Source of the DNA: Macrostomum lignano | Lineage: Eukaryota | Reading direction: 5' to 3' | NCBI GenBank assembly: GCA_002269645.1 | Contig: NIVC01001541.1 | Span: 62,001 to 126,000 of the forward strand | Length of the DNA stretch: 64,000 nucleotides | Part shown: piece by piece, positions 13,354 through 25,767 of the stretch | How positions within the stretch are numbered: the first letter of the stretch is position 1 | Layout of the letters: every line of letters begins with the position of its first letter | Program-made: the position numbers and the translations under genes | Notes under the pieces: model-generated | What the model saw: the letters and a program-made list of their open reading frames with translations, nothing else | Databases searched by the model: none | What the model was told of the DNA's origin: nothing

Positions 13354-15078
13354 CCAATCAATCAATCAATAAACCAATCAATCAATCAATAAACCAATCA
13401 ATCAATCAATCAACCAATCAATCAATCAATAAACCAATCAATCAATCAATAAACCAATCAATCAATCAATCAAAATTAATCAGTCAATCAATTAATTAAC
13501 CAACAAGCAAATCAACCAATCAACCAATCAATCAAGTCAGCAGCTCGCACCGCCACCCTCGCACGACAGGCCTACAGCATGTCGGACGGGTCCCGCCTGC
13601 TCAACTACAAATACGAGTCGGAGCCACTCGGCCTCCTGCTGCCCCGCTGGGATCGCCTGCTGGCCCTGCTGCCCTGGGAGCGGCAGCCCGTGCACCTGTT
13701 CGAGCTGCTGTGGGAGCAGCGTGAGGAACAGCATGAGGAACAGCGTGAGAAGCAGCATGAAAAACAGCGTGAGGAACAGCATGAGGAACAGCGTGAGGAA
13801 CAGCATGAGGAACAGCGTGAGGAACAGCCTGAGGAACAGCATGAGGAACAGCGTGAGGAACAGCCTGTGGAACAGCCTGTGGAACAGCGTGAGGAACAGC
13901 GTGAGGAACAGCATGAGGAACAGCGTGAGGAACAGCCTGAGGAACAGCATGAGGAACAGCGTGAGGAACAGCCTGAGGAACAGCGTGAGGAACAGCCTGT
14001 GGAACAGCCTGTGGAACAGCGTGAGGAACAGCGTGAGGAACAGCCTGAGGAACAGCATGAGGAACAGCGTGAGGAACAGCCTGTGGAACAGCCTGTGGAA
14101 CAGCGTGAGGAACAGCATGAGGAACAGCGTGAGGAACAGCCTGAGGAACAGCATGAGGAACAGCGTGAGGAACAGCCTGAGGAACAGCCTGAGGAACAGC
14201 GTGAGGAACAGCATGAGAAACAGCGGGATGAGCTTGCCTCAAGTGATCTGGAGGTCAAGCTGAGGCAGCCAGGCCACCCCAGCAGGGTTCGCCCACAGAG
14301 CAGCCACCCACGCAGAAGCGCGGGCTCTGCAGAGCGCAGAAGCCTCTCAATACATTCTGCCTCCGTGTCCTCCCGGTTCCAGCTCAACCGCTCCGTCTCT
14401 GAGCAGCTGCGGTCTGACTATTTTAGAGGCTTGCGTAAGTTCTGTGCCTCTGTTGCCACCCCGGTCTGACACACAGGTAACACCCCACTCTGACACACAG
14501 GTGCCACCCCACTCTGAGACACAGGTGCCACCCCAGTCTTACACACAGGTGCCACTCCACTCTGGCACACAGGTGCCACCCCACTCTGACACACAGGTGA
14601 CACCCCACTTTGACACACAGGTGCCACCCCAGTCTGACACACAGGTGACACCCCACTTTGACACACAGGTCCCACCCCACTCTGACACACAGGTGCCACC
14701 CCAGCCTGACACACGGGTGCAACCCCAGCCTGACACACAGGTGCAACCCCAGCCTGACACACGGGTGCCACCCCAGCCTGACACACGGGTGCCACCCCAG
14801 CCTGACACAGGTGCAACCCCAGCCTGACACACAGGTGCAACCCCAGCCTCACACGGGTGCAACCCCAGCCTGACACACAGGTGCAACCCTAGTCTAGCAG
14901 GGGGACCCAGCTAACCGCATGTACATGCATGGACGGTCGCTTCCGCATCGCAGGCCGAGCCCTCAGCCTGGCGCTGCTGGCCGCAGTCGAGTCCCGGCCG
15001 CCGGACCCCATCGAGTTCGTGGCCCGCAGCCTCCAGCGGTTCGGCCGCGGCAACGGGGAGTCGAATACAGCTAATTAA
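128..15078 (+). CDS. NACHT and WD-repeat domain protein (NWD1/NWD2-like STAND NTPase), 5' end outside the window
   Basis: Inferred exons: 128-216, 356-472, 727-923, 1591-2776, 3135-3512, 3931-4227, 7987-8847, 9630-11295, 11623-11945, 12397-12636, 13570-14434 (possibly with an intron 14254-14382), 14954-15078. Phases are compatible throughout. DUF4062-like N-terminus (DMHLERNIIMQAVYPKMKDFCREKYGLEFQ|IADMRWG), Walker A HGRSGSGKS, Walker B LLLDAADQL, NWD motifs GLSEAELEELLSLD, LVRIPPLCWARLRADL, ADRQVPRQP and YNRRSLSELPHHL, then a degenerate WD-like region. Confidence 0.85.
942..1570. repeat. Intronic minisatellite built on CTGACCCAG units
   Basis: Tandem (G/AA)CTGACCCAG variants fill intron 924-1590. 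Confidence 0.95.
2809..3129. repeat. Intronic 12-bp minisatellite TGAACTCACTC(A/G/C)
   Basis: About 27 units in intron 2777-3134. Confidence 0.95.
3516..3870. repeat. Intronic 35-bp minisatellite
   Basis: GAGATGGGGATCAGAGATGAGGCTGGGGATTCTGG units. Confidence 0.95.
4228..5035. repeat. Intronic 14-bp minisatellite GGGTCACTGGGTGT
   Basis: Starts at the splice donor itself. Confidence 0.95.
5273..7127 (-). CDS. Secreted WSC-domain protein, probably with a C-terminal PAN/Apple-like exon, nested antisense in an NWD intron
   Basis: Exon 7127-6689: hydrophobic N-terminus MAAVCSILSCAPILSCLICAALC and the WSC pattern GCFFD...MTQELCASICALGGFQFAALQAGAWCCCGNSYGTYG...ECADSCFGNAGQNCGGQLRNRV. Second exon 5532-5273: CAVLCGPGCEAFIYSRAQRLCHLL. 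The phase-1 join uses a weak donor (GTTGAG); unspliced, the WSC ORF stops at 6684. Confidence 0.7.
5561..6660. repeat. Two-part minisatellite (CCCGAAACTTCA variants, then 14-bp GAAACTGCACCC(C/T)A)
   Basis: Fills the inferred intron of the nested WSC gene. Confidence 0.95.
7590..7905. repeat. 11-bp minisatellite CTTCATCTCAG
   Basis: Tandem array just upstream of the acceptor at 7986. Confidence 0.95.
8850..9480. repeat. 8-bp minisatellite AGGGTG(T/G)C
   Basis: Fills intron 8848-9629. Confidence 0.95.
9520..9622 (-). mobile_element. tRNA-derived SINE-like head in an NWD intron
   Basis: A-box-like GGCGCAGATCGG (9618-9607) and a perfect B-box GGTTCGAGTCC (9584-9574); no full cloverleaf. Confidence 0.45.
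11385..11500. repeat. (GATT)n microsatellite
   Basis: Lies in intron 11296-11622. Confidence 0.9.
11963..12300. repeat. 34-37-bp intronic minisatellite
   Basis: TGTGTCTGCAGTTTGTGTCCACTGTCTGGCATCT variants. Confidence 0.9.
12652..13535. repeat. (AATC)n microsatellite, about 880 bp
   Basis: Fills intron 12637-13569. Confidence 0.95.
13716..14225 (+). repeat. 12-bp minisatellite GAGGAACAGC(G/A/C)T, probably coding (EQRE/EQHE/EQPE)
   Basis: In frame with the NWD exon starting at 13570, with no stop. Confidence 0.85.
14460..14890. repeat. 24-bp intronic minisatellite CTGACACACAGGTGCCACCCCACT
   Basis: Fills intron 14435-14953. Confidence 0.95.
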
Positions 15079-15309
15079 CTATGCTAACGACCGTTGATGC
15101 GAATAGACTAAACAGTTTTTTAAATTGTTTTAATATTTTTGAAGCACAGTTTTTGTCACATCTTTGATCCGATTGCATTTCACTTGCAGTTTCGGGCTTT
15201 TTTATCGCCTCAGAATTTAACTGCGTTCAGGCATCGAACTTGAGGAGGCACAGCAGACTGAGTGTGTGGCTAGCAGATTTTTCTGCTTTTTCGACGCCGA
15301 TTCTTTTCA

Positions 15310-15730
15310 AGTTAAAACGACCCTTTTAAGAACCGGTTATGCATGCCATCTCACGTGTAGTTAAAACGGCCCACTTGAGAACCCGTTTTACACATCATCT
15401 CCTGTGTGGCTAAAACGGGCCTTTTGAGAACCGATTCTGTATGTCATCTCATGTGTGGTTAAAACGGCCCACTTGAGAACCCGTTTTACACATCATCTCC
15501 TGTGTGGCTAAAACGGGCCTTTTGAGAACCGATTCTGTATGTCATCTCATGTGTGGTTAAAACGGCCCACTTGAGAACCCGTTTTACACATCATCTCCTG
15601 TGTGGCTAAAACGGGCCTTTTGAGAACCGATTCTGTATGTCATCTCATGTGTGGTTAAAACGGCCCTTTTGAGAACCGATTCTGTATGTCATCTCATGTG
15701 CGGTTAAAACGGCCCCTTTTAAGAACCGGA
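15310..15730. repeat. Intergenic tandem repeat (98-bp dimer of about 49-bp subunits)
   Basis: GTTAAAACGGCCCACTTGAGAACCCGTTTT... recurs at 15360, 15458 and 15556. Confidence 0.85.
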
Positions 15731-16300
15731 GTCATTTAAACTGCCTAAATGAGAGCGCATTACAAGTGAGCAAACATATCAGTTTTCAGTCAGTGCCTTG
15801 CAATGACCAGCTCACACTACTTGTTTTAATTTATCCTAGTCTATATTTTTCTTCCAGATTTTCTTTCATAACAACTTTTTCGTTATTTTTCCTGTTGACA
15901 TCAAAGCCGACGGCAAAACTAAAGTACTGAAATTTGATTAAAATTGAAATAAGAAATGAAAAAGCCATTTTATTTCGGTGAGAAAAAGCTACTAAAGCTG
16001 ATGCTGTCAAAAAGAAAAAGCGGTTTATTATTGACTACTAATAGTAGCTAAACTCTATGTTAGTTAAGATTTAATATGCAATTTCTAAGCGAAAAAGAGA
16101 ATTCAGTTTAACCGGATTCTGATTGGTGTGCAACAGAGGAACAAATACTCTGGGCTGACAACACTGGCTAAGCTAACTATTCAATAAGTAGTAGCATAAG
16201 CATTTTAAGTCGGCTTTAAATACGTATGTTGAATCTAGAGGGGCAGACAGTCTATCTTCTATATTACTAACAGTAGCAAAACGCGCGCAGCAGCCGCTGC

Positions 16301-18560
<2,260 letters not shown>

Positions 18561-19034
18561 GATGCTTCACAATGAAAATGATTTAGAAGCAACAAAAGCA
18601 AGAGAAGAAAGAGCAGTTTGCTGGCAAATAACAAATAAGAATTGCCTTTATATTTGAGTGAGCTCGCGCAGATTAACAACATATTACTAATAAGTAATTC
18701 ACACATGTACATGCAATTTCAGTAGCGAGCGCGCGGAGCCCGAATTCCGCATTCATGATTTCAGAATAAGAAAATTAATAACAGGTGCACAGTTAGCTAA
18801 ATAAGACTGCACAGGGGAGCACGGGCAGACGCAGGCAACAGGGGGACTAAAAGCAGAAAATGCAGCAGCTGTTCAGAACACGCGCGAAGGGTTTCGTCAA
18901 GGTAACAACGAACGGGAACGAACAAGACAAGACGGTCAGAATGAAAGTGATCAAAGTGCGAAGTGGCCAGGGGGTTCTGAAATGAAAATGAAACTTCTTC
19001 CAGTTTTGGAATATTATAGCCAAATGGCCTGGGA

Positions 19035-19230
19035 TACCTATTAGGGATCAAGGTGTTGGGATCAAGGAATTGGGGATCAAGATGTAAGGGATCCAGGTAT
19101 TAGGGATCAAGGTGTTAGGGATCAAGGATTAGAGATCAAGGTATTAGGGATCAAGGTGTTAGGGATCAAGGTATTAGGGATCAAGGTGTTAAGGATCAAG
19201 GTGTTAAGGATCAAGGTATTAGGGATCAAT
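19035..19230. repeat. 15-bp minisatellite GGGATCAAGGT(G/A)TTA
   Basis: Tandem array downstream of the Pcf11-like stop. Confidence 0.9.
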
Positions 19231-19302
19231 GTATTAAAGTTAAGCTGGGATCAGGCCATAAACTAATCACTGAGGCAACCAGGCAGCGTCCTGAAGGCGT
19301 CA

Positions 19303-22300
19303 TCAGGGCGAGGGCGGAGGCGGCCGCAGCACCAGCTGGGCGGCGTCGGGCATCCAGCCGCGCGAGCGCCGGCACAGAGTGGACTGGCGCCTGTAGCGGC
19401 TCAGACAGGCGGCCGAGTGGCGGCCCAGCGAGTCGGCATCGGCGAAGCGGACGCCGCAGACGCGGCACTGCTGCGGCAGGCCGAACAGCGCCTCCAGCAC
19501 GTAGGGGTTGGCAGCCCGCCAGCCCATGATGTCGAAGTCCTCGAAGCGGCGCTCCCACGGCTCCGGCTCCGGCTCGGGCGAAGGCGACCGCGGAGACGGC
19601 GGCGGCGACTTTGGACCCTCCTCGTCAGCCAGCGCCGCGGCGTCCCTGGAGCTCTCGGCATCCTCTGGCTCCTCATCATCGGCAGGCTTCGCCGATGCCT
19701 CAGCGGCGGCCTCCTCGGCTTTGGCCGCCGGCGGAGGCTGGGAGTTGGCGCTGATGAGGCCCGTCTCCACCAGCTTGTCGAACAGGCTGGCCAGGTTGGC
19801 CGAGCTGGGGACGCTGGACGGCTGAGGGGCTGCCGACGTCTCCGCCTGCTGCTGGCTGGGCGGTGCCGCGGCCCGAGCTCGATCCCCCTCCTCCTGCTAG
19901 GGGTGAATGAGGATACAACTGGTTTGTTATATCTGAGATCCCAGTCTATGATATCCCTCTCAGATTTTAAGAATCCCCAATCTGAAATCCGAGACTTTAG
20001 AAATCCCCAATCCTAAATCCCAGACTTCAGAAATCCCCAATCCTAAATCCCAGACTTCAGAAATCCCCAATCCTAAATCCCAGACTTCAGAAATCCCCAA
20101 TCCTAAATCCCAGACTTCAGAAATCCCCAATCTGAAATCCAAAACTTCAGAAATCCAAAACTTCAGAAATGCCCAATCTGAAATCCGAGACTTTAGAAAT
20201 CCCCAATCCTAAATCCCAGACTTTAGAAATCCCCAATCTGAAATCCAAAACTTCAGAAATCCCCAATCTGAAATCCAAAACTTCAGAAATCCCCAATCTA
20301 AAATCCCAGACTACAGAAATCCCCAATCTAAAATCCCAGACTACAGAAATCCTGAATCTAAAATCCCAGACTTCGAAATCCCCAATCTGAAATCCCAAGC
20401 TTCAGAAATCCCCAATCCAAAATCCAAAACTTAAAAAATCCTCAATCTGAAATCCCAGACCAGAATCATGCGCAGCGCTCACCGCAGGCTGCGGCAGGAG
20501 TCCCATCTGCCGGTTCTTCCTCTCAATCTTGGCCAGGCGGTCGGCAATGAGCGGCTTGAGCCGGTCCGAGTACTCCGTGTAGGTCCACACGGCCCGGTAG
20601 CCCGGTGGCACCGGTGCCCGGGGCAGGTCCACCTGTGCGTGCGACCGGAACTGGCCAAAGCGGCCGGCGTCCACCCAGTGGATGAGCTGGTCGGGCACGG
20701 CGGGCAGCAGTACGGTGGGCGGCTCGGCTCCGGGCAGCTGCAGCTCGGCGCAGATCTCGGTTTGGCCCCGGCCGATGGATTTGAAAACCGGCGGGCCGCC
20801 GAACTGCACCCGCAGGGCCCGGCCCTCGATGCACAGCTCGTGCAGCGGGCCGCCCAGGCACACCGAGTAGAACGGGCCGCACCTCTTCTGCGGGGAGATG
20901 CGCGCAAATTCTTCTACTTAGAATAGTAGTATTATTATATAGCTGTTTGCGAGTGCTCACAAATACTAAACTAACAAAATAGGCCACTCAGGCATATATA
21001 CTTCGTAAATCAGCTTTCTAATTTCAGTTCAGTAGCAAAGAAGAATGCATAAGCTGTTTTATAAAAATAAAGCCAGCTGAAATGACTTTGATAAGTTTAG
21101 AAGCCCAAGCTTGCAGGCGTAAACAGCTTGCTAATTGGTTCAGCAATAATATACATTGGCCAGTCCACTGAAATGTACATGGCAGGATCCCATGAAAGGC
21201 AATAAAAATTGGGGCGGGCGGGGGTATTGTGAAAAGGCGCGGTTGAAGGGGGGTAAGAGCCAATAAAATGAGCCTTGACTTTAAAAATAATTCTAATCCT
21301 TTTGCTTAACATACTACTGAACTGAAAGCAGCTTACTGAGTGGCCCATCGAGTGCCCGAAAACTACTACCACTAATAGTAGGCACTGGTTCAAAAGAAAT
21401 GAGCTTTCTTAGAATCGCAGTGCCATTTTGTCAATGCTAGAGTCCGAACTCCGAACCCGATGAAAACGGTACCCCCAGGCCAAGAGGAAGCGTCCGGTTG
21501 CAGATAACACAGGTAAAATAGGAAAGAAGTGACTCCAGTCGACTCTCTAAAACTGCACTCACCTCACAGTGCTCCGGCTGTTTCTGCTTCTGCTGCTGTT
21601 GCATTTTCTGCTGCTGCTGTACGAGCCTGCCAGAGGCCAGCTGCAGCCGCACAATGCCAGCAGTGGGCACAGAGAATTTCTGGCCATCAACCAGCAGGGT
21701 GACTGGCGGCCCGGTGTACCGCACCGCCCGCAGCTTGCCGTCCACGGCTGCGCACGGCTGCAGCCTGTTGGTGAACAGCGGACGGTACAGGCCCTCCAGC
21801 AGCAAGGGGTGGCAGCACAGGTTGGGGTCCGGGATGTACTTCTTGGACTCGTAGGCCTTGCGCAGCAGCCGGGGATCGAAGCCGATCTGAGGGAAGCCTG
21901 GGAAGCCGGGCACGTTCACGTGCCAGGCCAGCTGCATGCGCTGCCAGCGACCCGACTGCTTCCGAGGCGACTGCTGATGACGGGCGGGCTGCTGGGGTGG
22001 AGGCGGTTGCTGGGGTGGCGGAGGTGGTTGCTGGGGCGGAGGAGGCGGTTGCTGAGGCGGCTGTTGAGGCGTCTGCGGCGGTCGGGAAGGCGGCAACCGT
22101 CTCATGTCGACGTCCTGCTTGGGCAGCAGCGAGGAGGCGTCTTCGAAGCCGTCAAACCGCGGCCGCTTTGGCGCCGACACCGACGCCGCCTCGTCGACGT
22201 TCTTGACGAGACGGCGATGCCGCAGGTCGGGCGAGTAGCAGTAGGCAGCCGGAGCCGCCGGCCGGCTGTCGCTGCACTGCGGCACGTACAGGTCCTCGAC

Positions 22301-23764
22301 GAGGGCGGCCACGGCGGCCGGAACAGCGGGCTCGGGCGGGTCGGCAGCCGCGGCAGCTTGCGGCGGGGGCGGCGGCAGGGGCGGCGGCGGCGCCTTGGCT
22401 GGTGCAGGACGCGGCTGCAGCGCCGGCTGGCGCATGTCGACATCCTGAGGCGGCAGAGACGACGTCGCGGTGGCCGCTGCGGCAGGGGCCGTCGAGGCGG
22501 CGGCAATTCGCGGAACAAAGACCGGCGGAGCTGTGTCCAACTGGCTGCGGTCTTGGTTGGCGAACAGCGGAGCCTTGGGGAGAGAGAGGGATATTGTTGA
22601 GTTGGGCAGGCTTTATTGAGCAAATTGAGAAGCATGGTTGCCACCCCCTTGACCTCTCCACCATCCCTTTGACCTCTCCACCATCCCTTTGACCTCTCTA
22701 GCATCCCTTTGACCTCTCCACCATCCCTTTGACCTCTCCACCATCCCTTTGACCTCTCTAGCATCCCTTTGACCTCTCTATCATCCCTTTGACCTCTATA
22801 GCATCCCTTTGACCTCTCCACCATCTCTTTGACCTCTCCACCATCCCTTTGACCTCTCCACCATCCCTTTGACCTCTCTAGCATCCCCTTGACCTCTCTA
22901 CCATCCCTTTGACCTCTCTATCATCCCTTTGACCTCTCTACCATCCCTTTGACCTCTCTATCATCCCTTTGACCTCTCTACCATCCCTTTGACCTCTCTA
23001 TCATCCCTTTGACCTCTATAGCATCCCTTTGACCTCTCTACCATCCCTTTGACCTCTCTATCATCCCTTTGACCTCTCTACCATCCCTTTGACCTCTCTA
23101 TCATCCCTTTGACCTCTCTACCATCCCTTTGACCTCTCTATCATCCCTTTGACCTCTATAGCATCCCTTTGACCTCTCTACCATCCCTTTGACCTCTCCA
23201 CCATCCCTTTGACCTCTCCACCATCCCTTTGACCTCTCCACCATCCCTTTGACCTCTCTAGCATCCCCTTGACCTCTCTACCATCCCTTTGACCTCTCTA
23301 TCATCCCTTTGACCTCTATAGCATCCCTTTGACCTCTCTACCATCCCTTTGACCTCTCTATCATCCCTTTGACCTCTCTACCATCCCTTTGACCTCTCTA
23401 TCATCCCTTTGACCTCTTTACCATCCCTTTGACCTCTCTATCATCCCTTTGACCTCTCTATCATCCCTTTGACCTCTCTACCATCCCTTTGACCTCTCTA
23501 CCATCCCTTTGACCTCTCCACAATCTCTGATCTCTACCAGCAATTGCCCTGCAACAAGAGAGCGAGCCCAACCTGCTCATCATGGATGAAGGCCAAGAGG
23601 CTGCGCTTGTCATCCTGGCTGATGCCGGCAGGCCCGCCGGCCGGTTCGACACCGCCGCCGCCTTGATTGCCTTCGTCAGCGTTGAACATGAGCAGCTGGG
23701 CGGCCTCCGCCTCGGTCAGCTGCGGCGGCTGTCTGTTCTGCCGCTTCTGCTGCTTTTGCTGTTG

Positions 23765-23801
<37 letters not shown>

Positions 23802-24533
23802 TCAACAAACGGATCATACGGCGCGTCCTGCTGCTCCTGCGGCTGCTGACGCTGCTCGGACTTTCCCTGCTTGTTCAGTGCGAACTGCACTATAATGTCC
23901 GCGTCCACGTCCAAGCCCAGGATGGTGCTACCGCCTCCGCCGCTGCCGCCGCTAGCAATGCGATCCAACTCGGCAGCGGCGCGGTGGAACATGGCGCACC
24001 AGGACCGGCGCACCTTGTCCAGCCTGGCGCGGCCCTGCGAATCGGCGCGTTGGTGCGCGCTAGCAAAAATGCGCACGGCGTGCGGCGCCAACAGAGGCCG
24101 GTAGGCGTCCGAGCTGCTGCGGGCCAGCCAGTCGGCGAGGCAGGCCAGGCCGACTCGCTCCGAGCCGCTGCCAGTCTGCGAATGCGATTGGGCCAGGGAC
24201 TGCTAGAGTTTTGGTGCCGGGGACTGCTAGAGTTGCGGGGCCAGGACTGCTAGAGTTTTGGTGCCGGGGACTGCTAGAGTTGCGGGGCCAGGGACTGCTA
24301 GAGTTGCGGGGCCAGGGACTGCTAGAGTTGCGGGGCCAGGGACTGCTAGAGTAGCGGCCATGAATGAATACCTTGTCCATCTGCTGGCACAGCAGGTCCA
24401 CCACAGCCCTGCAGACATTGGGCTGGCGCTTGTAGCTCAGGGCCAGGTGGGCCAGGTGTTTGAGCGCCTCCTTGCGGCACTCGGCCAGGCCGCGCGAATG
24501 TCTGGCCAGCTCGGCAGCGAATGACTCAGCCAT
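19303..24533 (-). CDS. PCF11: Pcf11-like cleavage/polyadenylation factor (CID domain, divergent C-terminal zinc finger)
   Basis: Exons 24533-24372, 24175-23573, 22573-21563, 20887-20483, 19896-19303; all introns phase 0; about 924 aa. CID-like N-terminus (RARLDKVRRSW), QDVDMR motif twice, LGGPLHELCIEGRALRVQFGGPP (cf. invertebrate Pcf11 LGAPTRELYIDG..FGGP, from memory), LASLFDKLVETGLI, QCRVCGVRF...RH and RSRGW. Confidence 0.75.
19960..20460. repeat. 30-bp minisatellite in Pcf11 intron 4
   Basis: AAATCCCCAATCTGAAATCCCAGACTTCAG variants. Confidence 0.9.
22643..23522. repeat. 20-bp minisatellite in Pcf11 intron 2
   Basis: CCATCCCTTTGACCTCTCTA units. Confidence 0.95.
24193..24352. repeat. 24-bp minisatellite in Pcf11 intron 1
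   Basis: GGGCCAGGGACTGCTAGAGTTGCG units. Confidence 0.9.
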
Positions 24534-25380
24534 GGGCCGGTGATCGTTGAGTCCTCATTTAACTGGGGATCAACGGGGAGGTCCAAAACGAGGCTGTGGG
24601 AGTTTTAGCATATTAAAATTGCCTATTTAGATGCGTTAATTTTTCTTCTACATTCATTAAAAGCAGAATTGAAGGAAATTTTCTACTAATAAGTAGCAAG
24701 AAATTAGAAGGCTTTCACTACGACCTTAATAGCAAAAGCAGAATGTGACTTGCACTTCTACTTGCTAGTACAACTTTTCAATGATGAAGCTGCACTAATG
24801 CTTCAATAGACAAATGTACCATCTAGAGGTATGCTATGTCATGTTTAGTTTTATCTGTTCCATTACTAGCCAGAGTTTGATACTGGTGACCAAACATCAT
24901 CAGGACAATGGTCTACACCTGGAAAGTTTATTATGTTTTTAGCTACTTTCTCTGACTTGAAAAGTATAGACTGGTACAAATTTATTGCTATTAGGAAAGC
25001 ACTAGGCAAGTATGTGTGGTTTTGCTTATTCACAAGACTAAACATTGAAAATCTTCTAACTACCAACTTGTGGGACCATCTCTATTTGAAAGAACTTGAA
25101 TTTTTTAAGTTAGAGACCTTTCCATAACTTTGAAGTAGCTGGCAGGTTTTACTGCCTACCTGGAACTATCTCAGCTTTGTCTATGTGCAGAGCTGACTGT
25201 GCATGCTTCATCTCATCTTGTGGATCAAGTGCAGATAATAAAACACTAGATATTTCACTCTGCATTGAATTCGGCCAATTTGTGTTATAGTCTATGGCTC
25301 AAAAAGTGTCTACTCTTTGGGTGAGCGTCAGTGTGCGCATGGCAAGAAAAATTGCTAGTTGCTCCAAAAATTAATTTTGA

Positions 25381-25767
25381 TGCAAGTTCTGCTGTGTCTA
25401 CGGGTGCACAAATTCAATTTTTATGAGATCAAACAAAGCGACACCCATTTAGCGGCATACTTTTCCCAGCGACCATGTGGTTGCCAGTGACAGTGAATGG
25501 CAATGTCTGCTTCAACTGGAATTCATTGAGCTGGCACTCATCCACAAAAGAGGCTTGCATGTCTGCAATAGACATTTTGTCGACGAAGCCTAGAGCTGCC
25601 CTGCTGGTAATTATAACTAATTCCCTGTCTCTGCTTGTATTAGATGAATTCACTCAGCAAGCTATTGCTGCTTTCATCAATGAGCTCAACCACAGTGGCC
25701 TATCCAAGCCAACTAAAGTTGTTTTTAATCTGGCAAGCCACTGCTAGAAGGTATTCGAGGAAATTAA
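25381..25767 (+). pseudogene. Decayed, internally deleted THAP/P-element transposase, left part
   Basis: Translates to CKFCCVYGCTNS...*RHTFPSD...W...LHVCNRHFVDEA* (THAP domain with stops), followed soon after by FINELNHSGLSKPTKVVFNLASHC*KVFEEI. The latter resembles the C-terminal SRGGLCCPSDSAF region of the intact transposase at 45207-48089. Confidence 0.7.

Noticed and set aside
21437-21562. FTCVICNRT (CxxC) at the end of ORF 21437-22540
   Set aside because: It lies past a strong GAG|GTGAGT donor, so it is intron read-through; no partner His/Cys follows.
25285-25297. GTTATAGTCTATG as a P-like terminus of the decayed THAP element
   Set aside because: No matching inverted partner or TSD was found, and its orientation does not fit a left end.
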